41,620 nt of DNA from an uncultured Planctomycetaceae bacterium (GTDB lineage: Bacteria; Planctomycetota; Planctomycetia; Pirellulales; UBA1268). Made by a program: the position numbers and the translations under genes. The notes beneath the pieces are model-generated. The model did no database searches. It was not told the origin of the DNA and worked only from the letters and a program-made list of their open reading frames with translations. The stretch covers positions 1 through 41,620 of the forward strand of contig CAIKWU010000483.1 in assembly GCA_903831155.1 (NCBI GenBank), read 5' to 3'. Below, in pieces: positions 1 through 12,476 of this stretch. Every line of letters begins with the position of its first letter. Position 1 is the stretch's first letter.

Positions 1-750
1 CTCGCGCATCGGCGCTACGTCCTCGGTGGGCCCAACGTCCGGCGATGCCGCATCGTCGGATGCGTTCAGATCCTTGTCGGCCTCCTCGAAGAGATTGGGC
101 TCGGCGGGCGGCGCGGGCTCGGACGGCGCCGCCTCCGGCCGCGGCGGTTCTGCTTCGTTCGCAGCCGCTTCCTTCGGTTCGAGCTGCATGGGCGGCTCTT
201 CCGGCGCGGACTCCGGCACCGGTTCCGCGGCCGGTTCGGCCTGCTCCATGACGGGTTCATCGATCGCGACCGCCTGCTGGACGCCCTTGCCGGCCGAGGC
301 CTCGGCCGGCTTGAGATCGGGCACCACCGGGGTCACGGCCGCGTGCTGGTCCGCCGCGGACGGATCAGCCAGTGTCGGCTGCGGGGGGGTCACCGTCTCG
401 GACGCGGACGGCGTGGGAGCGACCATCGGCTCGGACATCACAAGCGCACCGTCCGCAGGTGCATCAGCCACCAGCGAGTCGATGGGAGAGAGTGTCTCGA
501 GGTGCGAGACCGTCACCGAGTCCTCGAACTCGATGGCCACCGCGTTGGCGCCCCCATCCCAGCAGCCGCAGCCCACAGGCTCGACCGGACCGCACGCCGG
601 CAGCGCCGCGCACCGCGGCGGCGGACAGGTCACAACCGCCGCGCGATTCCCCCTGCAGCCGTGCCGCAGGAACCAGCAGGCCCGAGCGGCGTCCATCGAG
701 AGTGCGAGCGTGAGAACCCCGACGATGCAGGCATGGAGACAGCGGCGCAC
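1..750 (-). CDS. Secreted Pro/Ala/Glu-rich hypothetical protein, 3' end runs off the window
   Basis: Not in the ORF track because its stop lies outside the window. Manual translation from GTG 750: VRRCLHACIVGVLTLALSMDAARA|CWFLRHGC...; signal-peptide-like N-terminus, Cys-rich stretch, then PEEPP/EPAP low complexity, open to position 1. The + ORF 26..802 is its antisense shadow. Confidence 0.75.
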   Translation of the reverse strand, partial: MRRCLHACIVGVLTLALSMDAARACWFLRHGCRGNRAAVVTCPPPRCAALPACGPVEPVGCGCWDGGANAVAIEFEDSVTVSHLETLSPIDSLVADAPADGALVMSEPMVAPTPSASETVTPPQPTLADPSAADQHAAVTPVVPDLKPAEASAGKGVQQAVAIDEPVMEQAEPAAEPVPESAPEEPPMQLEPKEAAANEAEPPRPEAAPSEPAPPAEPNLFEEADKDLNASDDAASPDVGPTEDVAPMRE

Positions 751-795
751 GGATTCACCTGGAGTGCCAAGAGGGGAAGGATCCCAACCCCCCGT

Positions 796-824
796 ATGCT
801 AATCGCCGGCAGGGGCGGGGCAAA
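796..824 (-). promoter_or_regulatory. Putative sigma-70 promoter for the 1..750 gene
   Basis: Minus strand TTTGCC-N17-TAGCAT, about 45 nt upstream of the start. Confidence 0.4.
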
Positions 825-862
825 CCGCCGGCGACCGCGGCCGCAGGGGCCGGATGCGCCTG

Positions 863-909
863 AAAAACGAGCGGGGCCGGGACAGCGTCTCGCCATCCCG
901 GCCCCTCGT
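863..909 (-). terminator. Rho-independent terminator downstream of nrdJ
   Basis: Minus strand acgaggggccgggatggcg-aga-cgctgtcccggccccgctcg followed by TTTTT. Confidence 0.7.
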
Positions 910-1021
910 GGATCGAACCCGCCAGCCGCCTGCGAACGGGGTAGAACTTTGCGAGACTGACGCGGACCGCGGCCGCGGGCGTAAACGCCACGGGGCCTCA
1001 GGGGATCCGGGTCACCGCTAA

Positions 1022-1171
1022 GGGGTTGGCACCTCCGACGGAACGCGGCAGCGGGTCGAATGTCGTGCCAGAGGTTTCGTCACGCCGACTCGTCGCGGTG
1101 TAGGGATTCCGCGACGGCCGGCGAACCCTCACGACCGCTACGAACCGCCCCCGACGTCCGTGCCCCGGCCC
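1022..1171 (-). ncRNA. Long imperfect RNA hairpin (rod) in the nrdJ downstream region; function unknown
   Basis: Nested complementary blocks ggcac/gtgcc, gtagcgg/ccgctgc, tcgtg/cacga, gagggttcg/cgaaacctc, gccggc-cgtcgcgg/ccgcgacg-a-gtcggc; G-U pairs favour the minus strand. Confidence 0.35.
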
Positions 1172-1238
1172 GCACCGGCCGCCACGGGAAGGCGGTCCGA
1201 TGCGAGCTCGAGGCTCGACCTACCTGTGCCGAGGCGGA

Positions 1239-4274
<3,036 letters not shown>

Positions 4275-4466
4275 GGGGACTGCTCCTGTGGGGGTGCTTT
4301 TCAGGGAAAACGTGGCGGCCGGAGAGCGCCGCTCCAGTGAAGTATACGTCCGTATAGATTTCGTGCCGTCGATCATCGACCGGCGAGTGGCCCCGGCATG
4401 AGCCGGGAGAGGGCCGTCCGGGACCGGGTGGGCGATCTGTGAGACTGCAGCTCCGTCTGCGTGCTA

Positions 4467-4482
4467 TCGCAAGATGTTGTGG
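4467..4482. promoter_or_regulatory. Putative NrdR box
   Basis: tcgCaAgATgTtGtgg matches the NrdR-box consensus acaCwAtATaTwGtg; it lies between the nrdJ promoter and start. No clear second box. Confidence 0.6.
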
Positions 4483-4521
4483 TGGCCGGTCCGAAGACCC
4501 CTTCCTGTGGGCCGGGGCGTG

Positions 4522-4549
4522 AATGTAGCGTGCTCGTTCGACGAGTCAA
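4522..4549 (-). promoter_or_regulatory. Sigma-70 promoter of nrdJ
   Basis: TTGACT-N16-TACATT on the minus strand. Confidence 0.55.
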
Positions 4550-4755
4550 GCGGCATTCCGAGGGGGATCAAAACGCCCGGAAAAACATGCCGCCGCGGCT
4601 GGTCCGGGCACCACCGGCCACCGTGTCAGAAAACACCCATCGTGGGGGTGGTCGAAAATCGGTTCGCCGGGCCGGTCCAAGCCCGCGAAAATGCCCGAGC
4701 CGGGATGCCGTCCCACCGCAAGGTCGCCCCGGCCCCGCCCACTGGAGTTGCCACC

Positions 4756-5322
4756 GTGCCTTCCCCTTCCCGACCCCCCCTGCACCATCCCACCCTCGAC
4801 GGCCTGCGGCTGCTCGCCTTCGTCGGCGACGACTACGAGGATCTCGAGCTCTGGTATCCGAAACTCCGACTCGAAGAGGCCGGGGCGCACGTCACCATCG
4901 CCGGCTTGTCACAGGGCCACACGTACCACGGCAAGCATGGCTATCCATGCACGGCCGACGCCGCGATCGCCGACATGGAAGCCGCCGACTTCCACGGCGT
5001 CGTCCTGCCGGGCGGCTGGATGCCCGACCGTCTTCGCCGGGAGGCGAAGGTGCTCGAGCTCGTCAGAGACATCGCCGCCCGCGGGAAACTCGTCGCGGCC
5101 ATCTGCCACGGCGGCTGGATCGCCGCCTCGGCCGGCGTCTACCGAGGTGTCCGTGTCACCGGCAGCCCGGGAGTCAGGGACGATCTCGTGAACGCCGGGG
5201 CGATCTGGGAGGATGCGGCCGCGGTGGTCGATCGGCACTTCGTCTCGAGCCGCAGACCGGCCGATCTGCCCGCCTTCATGGCCGCCGTCCTCGCAGTGCT
5301 TCCCGCGACCGGCACGTGGTAG
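4756..5322 (+). CDS. DJ-1/PfpI family protein (type 1 glutamine amidotransferase-like)
   Basis: DYEDLELWYP, LPGGWMPD, AAICHGGW nucleophile elbow, SSRRPADL. GTG start with GGAG upstream. Confidence 0.9.
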   Translation: MPSPSRPPLHHPTLDGLRLLAFVGDDYEDLELWYPKLRLEEAGAHVTIAGLSQGHTYHGKHGYPCTADAAIADMEAADFHGVVLPGGWMPDRLRREAKVLELVRDIAARGKLVAAICHGGWIAASAGVYRGVRVTGSPGVRDDLVNAGAIWEDAAAVVDRHFVSSRRPADLPAFMAAVLAVLPATGTW

Positions 5323-5331
5323 ACTGGGGAC

Positions 5332-5814
5332 ATGTCACGAGGACGACCTTCCAACGGCGAAGCCTTGCGAACCCGGATCCGGTCCGCAGGCCTCCGTTGC
5401 ACGGCGGCACGACTGGCGGTGCTCGAGCACCTCGAGTCGTCGACCGGCCCCCGGACGCACGCCGACGTCTCCGCGGCCCTCGCCGGCCGCGGCTTCGACC
5501 GCACCACGATCTATCGGAACCTGACGGAGTTGACCGAGGCGCGGCTCGTGAACCGAGTCGAGCTCGGCGACCACGTCTGGAGGTTCGAGGTCCACCGCGA
5601 GAAGGAACACGGCTCCCACGCCCCGGGCCATCCCCACTTCCTGTGCACCACCTGCGGCGAGGTCTCGTGCCTCGACGACGTCCGCGTGGCGATCACGCCG
5701 ACCGACCGGCCGCGGAGCCGCGGAGCCGCCAAGACGCGAACGGCCGAGGGCCGGAGCGGCATCCACACCGTCACGGAAGTCCTGCTGAAGGGCCGCTGCG
5801 AGGACTGCGGCTGA
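5332..5814 (+). CDS. Fur family transcriptional regulator
   Basis: GLRCTAARLAVL, TTIYRNL, HPHFLCTTCG and terminal CEDC. Confidence 0.92.
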   Translation: MSRGRPSNGEALRTRIRSAGLRCTAARLAVLEHLESSTGPRTHADVSAALAGRGFDRTTIYRNLTELTEARLVNRVELGDHVWRFEVHREKEHGSHAPGHPHFLCTTCGEVSCLDDVRVAITPTDRPRSRGAAKTRTAEGRSGIHTVTEVLLKGRCEDCG

Positions 5815-5826
5815 CAGACCGCGGGC

Positions 5827-6591
5827 TCACTTCGGCAGCAGTTCCTTGAGCCGGGTGGTGGCGGCACGACCGATGGGCAGCGGGGCGACGACTTCCCTGA
5901 AAAAGATCAGTGTCTGGTCCCGCGACTGCCACTGCATCGAGCGGATGGCGGGCAACTGCACGACCAGCGAGCGGCTGATCCGGCCGAAAGCGCCGGGAGG
6001 CAGGATCGATTCCCATTCCGACAGGGTGCGACGGATGATCCAGGGCTTGTGATGCCGTGCCTGGACGCGGGTGTAGTTGCGGAAGGCCTCCACCCAGGCG
6101 ATGTCCGCGTAGGGCACGGTCTCGACGCCACGGCCGCCGGCAAGCGAGAAGGTGACCGCGTCGGCGGTGTCGCCCGTGGCGTCGTGGGCATCCTCGCTGG
6201 GAAGACCGGCCTCACCCCCGGCCGCCGGACGCGCCGCCGGAAACTGCGCTTCGAGGCGGCCGATCGTGATCGCCAGGCGGTCACGGTCGACCGGCTTGAG
6301 CACGTAGTCGATCGCCCCCGACCGGAAGGCATCGACGGCGCGGTCCTCGTGCGCCGTCACGAACACGACGCGGCTGGTCGCCGGCACGCTCGCCACGAGG
6401 TCGAAGCCGAGCCGGCCGGGCATGTTGATGTCGAGGAAGACGACGTCGGGGGTCCGGCCGACGAGAAAGCGCTCCGCGTCCCCCACGTCCCGCGCGGTGC
6501 CGATCACCTCGACGCCGGGAAACGTCTCGAGCAGCGCCGCCAGCCGGTCGATCGCCCGGGGCTCGTCATCCACCAACAGCGCCGTGATCAT
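5827..6591 (-). CDS. LytR/AlgR family response regulator
   Basis: REC motifs VDDE, FLDINMP, FVTAH, DYVLKP; LytTR-like C-terminus (IAWVEA..NYT, FGRISRS). Confidence 0.92.
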   Translation of the reverse strand: MITALLVDDEPRAIDRLAALLETFPGVEVIGTARDVGDAERFLVGRTPDVVFLDINMPGRLGFDLVASVPATSRVVFVTAHEDRAVDAFRSGAIDYVLKPVDRDRLAITIGRLEAQFPAARPAAGGEAGLPSEDAHDATGDTADAVTFSLAGGRGVETVPYADIAWVEAFRNYTRVQARHHKPWIIRRTLSEWESILPPGAFGRISRSLVVQLPAIRSMQWQSRDQTLIFFREVVAPLPIGRAATTRLKELLPK

Positions 6592-7724
6592 CTCTGCTCC
6601 TCAAAGCCGGCGGCAGCCGCGGGCCGCGTGATCGGAACCCGGATGCGGACCCGCACCCATCCGTCGTCCTCATGATGCCCCACCGACGCCCCCGGGCCCA
6701 CCAGCAGCCTCAGGCGGCGTTCGAGCGAGTGGAGCCCGGTGCCGGTCGCGTGCCGCCCCCCCGCCGCGACCCAGCGGCCCGTGTTGGCCACCTCCACCAC
6801 GAGCGCGTCGGCCTCACGGCGGGCCGTGACCTGCACGCGGATCGGCCGCTCCTCCGCCTGGCCGCCGTACTTGATCGCGTTCTCCACGAGCGGCTGCACC
6901 ATCACCGGAGGCACCACCACACCGCGGGCATCGAGCTCGCAGTCGATGCTCGTCACCAGGCCGTCGCCGAACCGCATGCCCTGGACGGTGAGATACTCCT
7001 CGAGGGCGTCGAGTTCCCGCGCCAGCGGTTCGAGCGTGGCGGCGGGCCGGAGCAGGAACCGGAGATAGTTGGCGAGCGCCTGCGTCACCGTGTCGATCGC
7101 CTCGGGATCATCGCGGCACGCCATCACCGTGTTGAGTGCGTTGAAGAGAAAGTGGGGGCTGATCTGGCCCTGGAGGTGCTGGAGTTCGTTCCGCAACGCC
7201 AGCGACTCGGCCTCCATCGCCCGGAACTCGGTCGAGTTTCGCTCGCGGATCAGCTGGTAGCCGAAGTAGAGCGCACACCAGTTGGCCAGCAGGGTGAGGT
7301 TGATCGCCAGACGAGCGACGAGTTCCATCCGCGACGGGGCCGAGGAGGCGATTCCCATCATCCGGTCGACCCACACCATCAGCAGCGTGATCAGGACCGC
7401 GGAGAGGATCGCCCCGCCGGCCATGACGCCGATCTTGGAGACCCCGAGCCGCAGAAGCAGCGGCTCCTGTCGCGACAGCCACCGCATCACGGCCGTCGCC
7501 ACGAAGCAGAGCCCGAGGTGCATCGCGATGGTCGTCAGCGATCCTCCGGCACTCGGGCGAACCACCTCGATCACCACGAGCGACACCGCGAACGCGACGA
7601 GCCAGAACACCGCGTGGGCCACCCAGAAGCCGGCCTCGGCCACCGGCCACCGGGACGCGGCGGACGGGCGGCCAGACGGCGAATCGCCCAGCGGTTCCGC
7701 GAGTTCGGCGGCCATCGATGACAT
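6588..7724 (-). CDS. LytS-type membrane sensor histidine kinase
   Basis: About four TM segments, QISPHFLFNALN H-box, QPLVENAIKYG, GTGL. Start placed at MSSMAAEL; the ORF-track extension overlaps the upstream gene. Confidence 0.88.
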   Translation of the reverse strand: MSSMAAELAEPLGDSPSGRPSAASRWPVAEAGFWVAHAVFWLVAFAVSLVVIEVVRPSAGGSLTTIAMHLGLCFVATAVMRWLSRQEPLLLRLGVSKIGVMAGGAILSAVLITLLMVWVDRMMGIASSAPSRMELVARLAINLTLLANWCALYFGYQLIRERNSTEFRAMEAESLALRNELQHLQGQISPHFLFNALNTVMACRDDPEAIDTVTQALANYLRFLLRPAATLEPLARELDALEEYLTVQGMRFGDGLVTSIDCELDARGVVVPPVMVQPLVENAIKYGGQAEERPIRVQVTARREADALVVEVANTGRWVAAGGRHATGTGLHSLERRLRLLVGPGASVGHHEDDGWVRVRIRVPITRPAAAAGFEEQR

Positions 7725-7870
7725 CGGCGATGCGACCAGAGAACGGGGGGCGGGGCACACGGACCGCCTCCCTACGGTCGCACGCCGCCACCGGCTCGGC
7801 AAGGGTCGGGCTCCCGGGAGCCGACCGGAAAGCAGACCCGCCTGGCTGCCCCGGTGGCGGCCGGCCGGGC

Positions 7871-8917
7871 CTAATACCAGAGGCCGGCACGGACGAGAAA
7901 CGTGTCGTCCGGCCGGTAGTCCGCGGTGTCGGTGAGGTAATACTCCACCAGTCTCCCCGTGACCCACCCGGTCTCCAGCCGCCAGTTCACGCCGAGGTCG
8001 GCCGGCCGCCGCTCCCAGCCGACGAGGAGCCGGTAGTCGTGGTACACGACCACGTCGTTGGCCCCGCCGTCGCGGCGGACCGCCCACTGGTTGCCCCCGA
8101 ACTCGCCCGCCAGATAGATCCACTGCGCGGCCCGCCGGCTCTCCGCCACCCGCCAGGCGAACCGGGGTCGCGGGAAGATGATCTCGTGCCGCTGGTCGTC
8201 GGAGGGTGTCCAGAGCAGGCCGCCCGCCGGCAGCAGATTGACGTCGTAGCGGTCGAGGTAGATCACGCCGGCGACCACCCGCAGGTCCTTTCGCGCCTCC
8301 CAGGCCCCGAAGCCATGGCCGGTGATCCGGAAGGCCTGGGGCGTGTCATTGACGAAGTCGCTGTACCAGCCGGGGGCGACCGCGAGGTCGACGCCGAACC
8401 GCTCGCCGATCTTGGAGAGCCACCGGGCCTGCAGCCACGACTCATAGAGCTGCGACGGCAGCCCGGGATCGGACGGCCCCGCGACCTCGTCGACGAACGT
8501 GGTGCCGAAGCCCGGGGTGACGAGCAGGGGCGACTCGACGGTCGGCGCCGGCATGCCGATCGTCAGGCTCGTCTCGAGGGTGGTGAGGCCGAGTCCGTCG
8601 GTGCCGAGCCGCGGCAACTCGGTGAGCGTGAAGATCGCCTGCTGGAGCGGCCCCGGCTTCGCCCCCGGCGGCAGCTTGCGTCCGGCCGGCGGCTCGAACT
8701 CCTGCCGCGGCTGCCCCGGCGGCGCGACGTCGTCGAGAAGCAGCGGCTCGGTGAGATCCTGCGGATCGCCGAGGGCGGCGAGGCGGATGCGTTCGAAAAA
8801 ACCCTGCTCCACCGGCGGCAGGGGCTTCACCGCCTCGGCGGCCGGCAGCGGCTGCGGCTCCGCGGCGGCCAACACTGACGTGAAACCGATCGCGACCGCC
8901 GCGATGCAGGCACGCAT
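7871..8917 (-). CDS. Putative outer-membrane beta-barrel protein, paralog B (DUF6268-like)
   Basis: Signal peptide MRACIAAVAIGFTSVLAA, alternating aromatic/Gly strands, C-terminal VRAGLWY. The family name is an inference. Confidence 0.7.
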   Translation of the reverse strand: MRACIAAVAIGFTSVLAAAEPQPLPAAEAVKPLPPVEQGFFERIRLAALGDPQDLTEPLLLDDVAPPGQPRQEFEPPAGRKLPPGAKPGPLQQAIFTLTELPRLGTDGLGLTTLETSLTIGMPAPTVESPLLVTPGFGTTFVDEVAGPSDPGLPSQLYESWLQARWLSKIGERFGVDLAVAPGWYSDFVNDTPQAFRITGHGFGAWEARKDLRVVAGVIYLDRYDVNLLPAGGLLWTPSDDQRHEIIFPRPRFAWRVAESRRAAQWIYLAGEFGGNQWAVRRDGGANDVVVYHDYRLLVGWERRPADLGVNWRLETGWVTGRLVEYYLTDTADYRPDDTFLVRAGLWY

Positions 8918-9025
8918 CAGCCTGCGGCGGCGTGGAACAGCTCCCGCGGCGGGCCGGACGGCGGCCCGACGAGCCCCGGAAACCGACCCGCATGGGTGGG
9001 AAGCGGCGAGCATCTCGACGGACGT

Positions 9026-10207
9026 CTAATACGCCAGCCCCAGGCGGAACATGATCGTCTGCGGAAGATCCACGATCTGCGGCGGCCCGTCGACGTAAAA
9101 GAGCTGCCGGTAGAAGACGTAGCCGATCTCGAAGTTGCCCGCGAAGCCCGTCTGTGCCAGCGGCACGAACTCGGTGCCCAGGGCGATGCGGATGTCGTTG
9201 TAGTCGAAGGGCGTGATCATGTTGTATCGCGACGTGTCGCGGCGAAACGTCCACGCGCCGCCGCCGTACTCGCCCGAGAGGTAGAGCCACCAGGCGTGCT
9301 TCTGGGTACCGGCGAACTTCCACGAAGCCCGCGGCGCCGGAAAGAAGATGTCGTATCGCGAGCGGTCGTTGGGGGTCCAGGTGGCGCCGATCGCGGGCAG
9401 GAGCTTCACCTGGTTGCGGTCGAGGTAGATGATGCCCGCCTTGCCCTGCCAGGTGGGCGTGAGCTGCAGCGTGCCGATCGCGCGGCCCATGATGCGCCAG
9501 CTCTCCCACACCAGCACGTCCCAGTTGGTGTAGATCCCGACGCGAATGCCGAGCTCCGCGCCCCAGAGGGGGGAGAACCGGGGATTCCAGGCGGCGTCGA
9601 GGAACACGTCGTAGGTGCTGGGGGGCAGGTCGGCCCACTGGCTGGACGTGGTCTGCGGACCGTCCCAGAGCTGCAGGCCGAAGCCGGGGGTGATCAGCAG
9701 CGGCGCGTGGTTGAGATTGGCGGGCGAGTTGTGGAAGAAAGGCAGCGCGAAGGTCGCCGTCGTGTCGAGTTCGTTGACGCCCACGTTGAGGTCGTTGCCG
9801 TCGCCCATCAGGTAGGCCCAGCTGCCCCGCACGCCCTGAAAGACGTGCATCGTCTGCTGCAGGGTCTCGCTCTGCGCGGGGTAGCCCGCTGGAAAGAGCG
9901 ATGCCTGCTGGGGCGGAGCCTGCGGACCGGCCAGCGACGGGGCGGCGGTGGAGTAGCCCGGATAGCCCGGCTGACCGCCGATCGCCGACGGCGCCCACGT
10001 CGATGCCGAGGGGCCGGGCGCGGGAAACACCTGCCCCGACTGCGGGGCGTAGGGATCCCATGTGGGCGGCGGGGGCGAGATCGGCGCCTGGGCGATCCGG
10101 TCGAGCGACGAGGTCGCCGGCGGCGGCAGGTACGACGTCTGCGCGGCCGCCGGCCAGCCTGCCACGAGCAGGATCACCCAAACGGCGATCGACGCCACCA
10201 TCTTCAT
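9026..10207 (-). CDS. Putative outer-membrane beta-barrel protein, paralog A (DUF6268-like)
   Basis: Signal peptide MKMVASIAVWVILLVAGWPAAA; shares PLLxTPGFG, GxIYLDR..V.LLPA.G, GE[YF]GG..W with 7871..8917; ends FRLGLAY. Confidence 0.7.
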   Translation of the reverse strand: MKMVASIAVWVILLVAGWPAAAQTSYLPPPATSSLDRIAQAPISPPPPTWDPYAPQSGQVFPAPGPSASTWAPSAIGGQPGYPGYSTAAPSLAGPQAPPQQASLFPAGYPAQSETLQQTMHVFQGVRGSWAYLMGDGNDLNVGVNELDTTATFALPFFHNSPANLNHAPLLITPGFGLQLWDGPQTTSSQWADLPPSTYDVFLDAAWNPRFSPLWGAELGIRVGIYTNWDVLVWESWRIMGRAIGTLQLTPTWQGKAGIIYLDRNQVKLLPAIGATWTPNDRSRYDIFFPAPRASWKFAGTQKHAWWLYLSGEYGGGAWTFRRDTSRYNMITPFDYNDIRIALGTEFVPLAQTGFAGNFEIGYVFYRQLFYVDGPPQIVDLPQTIMFRLGLAY

Positions 10208-10485
10208 GCCACGGACGCGCTCCACACCGGCCGCCGGGGCGGCCACGAGCCTGAAAAGTGCCGACCCTTCGGCGCAGAAAGGTCGTGGGGGTACCGCGCC
10301 GCGGTGGCGGGAATCAACGCCAGCCGCGGCGTCAGGCTCGCGGTCATCGCGGCCGCTTCGGCGCGAAGCCACCGCGGGGGCGGTGAAGGGCTCCGCATGG
10401 GACACCGGGGACGTGCCGCCCCGCCTCGGCTTCCCCCGTTCCCCCGGCTTGCCACCGGGAGCCGGGCGGGCACACGGGGGCCCCC

Positions 10486-11337
10486 GTGCATCGCGTACAC
10501 TCCGTGACCTGCGGAGCCCACCCAGTTTTGCGCGGCGACCAGTTGCCTCCGGACCACGATCCGATCGATGTCGAGTGGCTGCGCGCCGCGAGCGGCCTCG
10601 AACTCGTGGAGGTGCTCGCCGAGGCGACCTCCACCATGGATCGTGGCCGCGAGATCGCCACCGCGGTGGACTCACCCCTGCCCGCCGCCGTGATCGCTGA
10701 ACGGCAGACGGCGGGCCGGGGGCGTCGGGGCGCATCGTGGTGGCAGCCGCCCGGCAGTCTCGCGGTGAGCCTGGTGGTCGATGGAGCGGCATGGGGAGGC
10801 TCCCCCCGGCCCATCTGGTCGCTCGCCTGCGGCATCGCGCTGGCCGAAACGATCCGCCTGCTCGAGCCGTCCGTGGCGGCGGTGGTTCGCTGGCCGAACG
10901 ACGTCGAGGTCGGCGGCCGAAAGCTCGCGGGCATCCTCGTTGAGTCCGCGACCGGCGGCCGAAGCGTCTTCGGGATCGGGGTCAACACGACCGGCACGGC
11001 GGCCGAGGCGCCGGAACCGCTGCGGCAACGGGTCGCGACGCTGCCCGACCTCACGGGCCGGCCGCTCGCCCGACAGCGACTGCTGGCCGTGCTCGTGCCT
11101 CGCCTGCTCGACCTGCTCGCCGCCGACGCGGCGGAAACGGCCGGCCGCTACCGGTCGCTCTGCGGCCTGACCGGGAAGTCCGTGCGGGTGTTCGTGGGCG
11201 ACGCCATCCACGAGGGCACCTGCCGTGGCGTGGCCGACGACGGCGGCCTCGTGGTGGCCACCGCCGCGGGCGAGGTCGTGATCCACTCCGGCAGCCTCAC
11301 GCCCCCGGGGAGCGAGTGGCGCGGCGGACAGGGCTAG
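10486..11337 (+). CDS. birA: Biotin--[acetyl-CoA-carboxylase] ligase without N-terminal HTH
   Basis: STMD, AERQTAGRGRRGASW, RWPNDV, KLAGILVE, GIGVN. True start may be later (10504 or 10543). Confidence 0.9.
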   Translation: MHRVHSVTCGAHPVLRGDQLPPDHDPIDVEWLRAASGLELVEVLAEATSTMDRGREIATAVDSPLPAAVIAERQTAGRGRRGASWWQPPGSLAVSLVVDGAAWGGSPRPIWSLACGIALAETIRLLEPSVAAVVRWPNDVEVGGRKLAGILVESATGGRSVFGIGVNTTGTAAEAPEPLRQRVATLPDLTGRPLARQRLLAVLVPRLLDLLAADAAETAGRYRSLCGLTGKSVRVFVGDAIHEGTCRGVADDGGLVVATAAGEVVIHSGSLTPPGSEWRGGQG

Positions 11338-12406
11338 GGCGGCGGCGGGCGGCCGACAGGGCCACCACGCAGAGTTCCCGGCCGCCCGTCGAGAGCTGGC
11401 GGGCCCGGGGCTCGTAGCCCCACGCTCGAAAGGCGTCGAGCCAGCCGGGAAGTTCCGACCCCCGCGACCACTCGGGGAGCTTGAGGGTCGCGATCACGCC
11501 GCGCGGCAGGCACGTCCCGGCTTCGAGCAGGCGGCCGAGGGCGGCCATGGTGCTCGTGGGGTCGATGTTCATGTCGGCGAGCAGCCAGTCGAATCCCCTG
11601 AATCGCCTGAGGGGCACCTCGCGGGCCCGCATCCGCCACTGCTCGAATCGCGCATCCGCCAGGACCGACGCGTCGACGGCCGCGGCGTCGACGCCGACCA
11701 CGTGGAGCCCCGCCTCGAGGAGCCGCTGGCAGGCACCTCCCGGAGCGGCGCCGAGTTCGAGGGCCCGCTGACCAGGCTCGAGCGTCACGCCGAAGGAGGC
11801 GATCGCCTCGTCGAGTTTCAGCCACGCGCGAGAGACGGCGGCCTCGGGCACCCCGCGCGGATAGACACCGCCTGGCCACCTGCTCGCCGGGGCGCCGGCC
11901 CGATGCCAGCCGATCCACCAGCGATCGGGCGAGTCGAGCACGCAGTCGAGCACGAGGTCGCCGGACCGCGTCACCTGGTCGGTGCCCACCGCCACGCCGC
12001 AGGCGGCGGAGACCGCGAGGCGGATGTCGGCGACGGGCGCGTCGACACGCTCATCCCGCCTCCAGACGTGCACCGCATCCCAGGTGCAGCCCGCGACGGT
12101 GTCGGCAGCCTTGGCGGCGAGGTCGGACACCGTAGGACCGGTCACCTGACCGAGCGAGCGAACGACCGTGTGGGCGAAGACAAGGTCGGGCCAGAAGTCG
12201 TCGGGCGGATCGAAGGTCTCCGGCCCGATGCGGAACGTGGCCAGCCCCCGCCGCCAGGCGGCACGCAAGAATGCCGGCAGCACCTCGGCCTGACGGCCGG
12301 CCAGGGCGGCCTCCGCCCCGGGATGGCACGGGCAGAGAATGAAACCGCCCCGGGAGGCTGACGGCCCGCGATTCGAGTGGTGGCGGGGCGGGTGCGACAC
12401 GGGCAT
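11297..12406 (-). CDS. RlmM/FtsJ-like SAM-dependent RNA 2'-O-methyltransferase
   Basis: VSRAWLKLDEA, ALELGAAPGG, VVGVD, WLLADMN, IATLKL; its 3' end overlaps birA convergently by 41 bp. Confidence 0.8.
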   Translation of the reverse strand: MPVSHPPRHHSNRGPSASRGGFILCPCHPGAEAALAGRQAEVLPAFLRAAWRRGLATFRIGPETFDPPDDFWPDLVFAHTVVRSLGQVTGPTVSDLAAKAADTVAGCTWDAVHVWRRDERVDAPVADIRLAVSAACGVAVGTDQVTRSGDLVLDCVLDSPDRWWIGWHRAGAPASRWPGGVYPRGVPEAAVSRAWLKLDEAIASFGVTLEPGQRALELGAAPGGACQRLLEAGLHVVGVDAAAVDASVLADARFEQWRMRAREVPLRRFRGFDWLLADMNIDPTSTMAALGRLLEAGTCLPRGVIATLKLPEWSRGSELPGWLDAFRAWGYEPRARQLSTGGRELCVVALSAARRRPSPVRRATRSPGA

Positions 12407-12413
12407 GCACCGG

Positions 12414-12422
12414 ATCGTACCA
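12414..12422 (-). promoter_or_regulatory. Extended -10 promoter, probably leaderless, for the methyltransferase
   Basis: TG-g-TACGAT, 7 nt before ATG 12406, with no SD. Confidence 0.45.
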
Positions 12423-12434
12423 CCGGAACGAATC

Positions 12435-12470
12435 AGGCCGGCCCGGGCGCCCAAGGGCCCGGGCCGGCCT
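12435..12470 (-). terminator. Perfect 14-bp hairpin, likely the 3' end of the micro-ORF transcript
   Basis: aggccggcccgggc-N8-gcccgggccggcct; only weak U-tracts on either side. Confidence 0.55.
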
Positions 12471-12476
12471 TTCTCG

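Noticed and set aside
4275-4520. Cobalamin riboswitch upstream of nrdJ
   Set aside because: No recognisable B12 box or other conserved riboswitch core; only an NrdR-like box and a promoter were seen.
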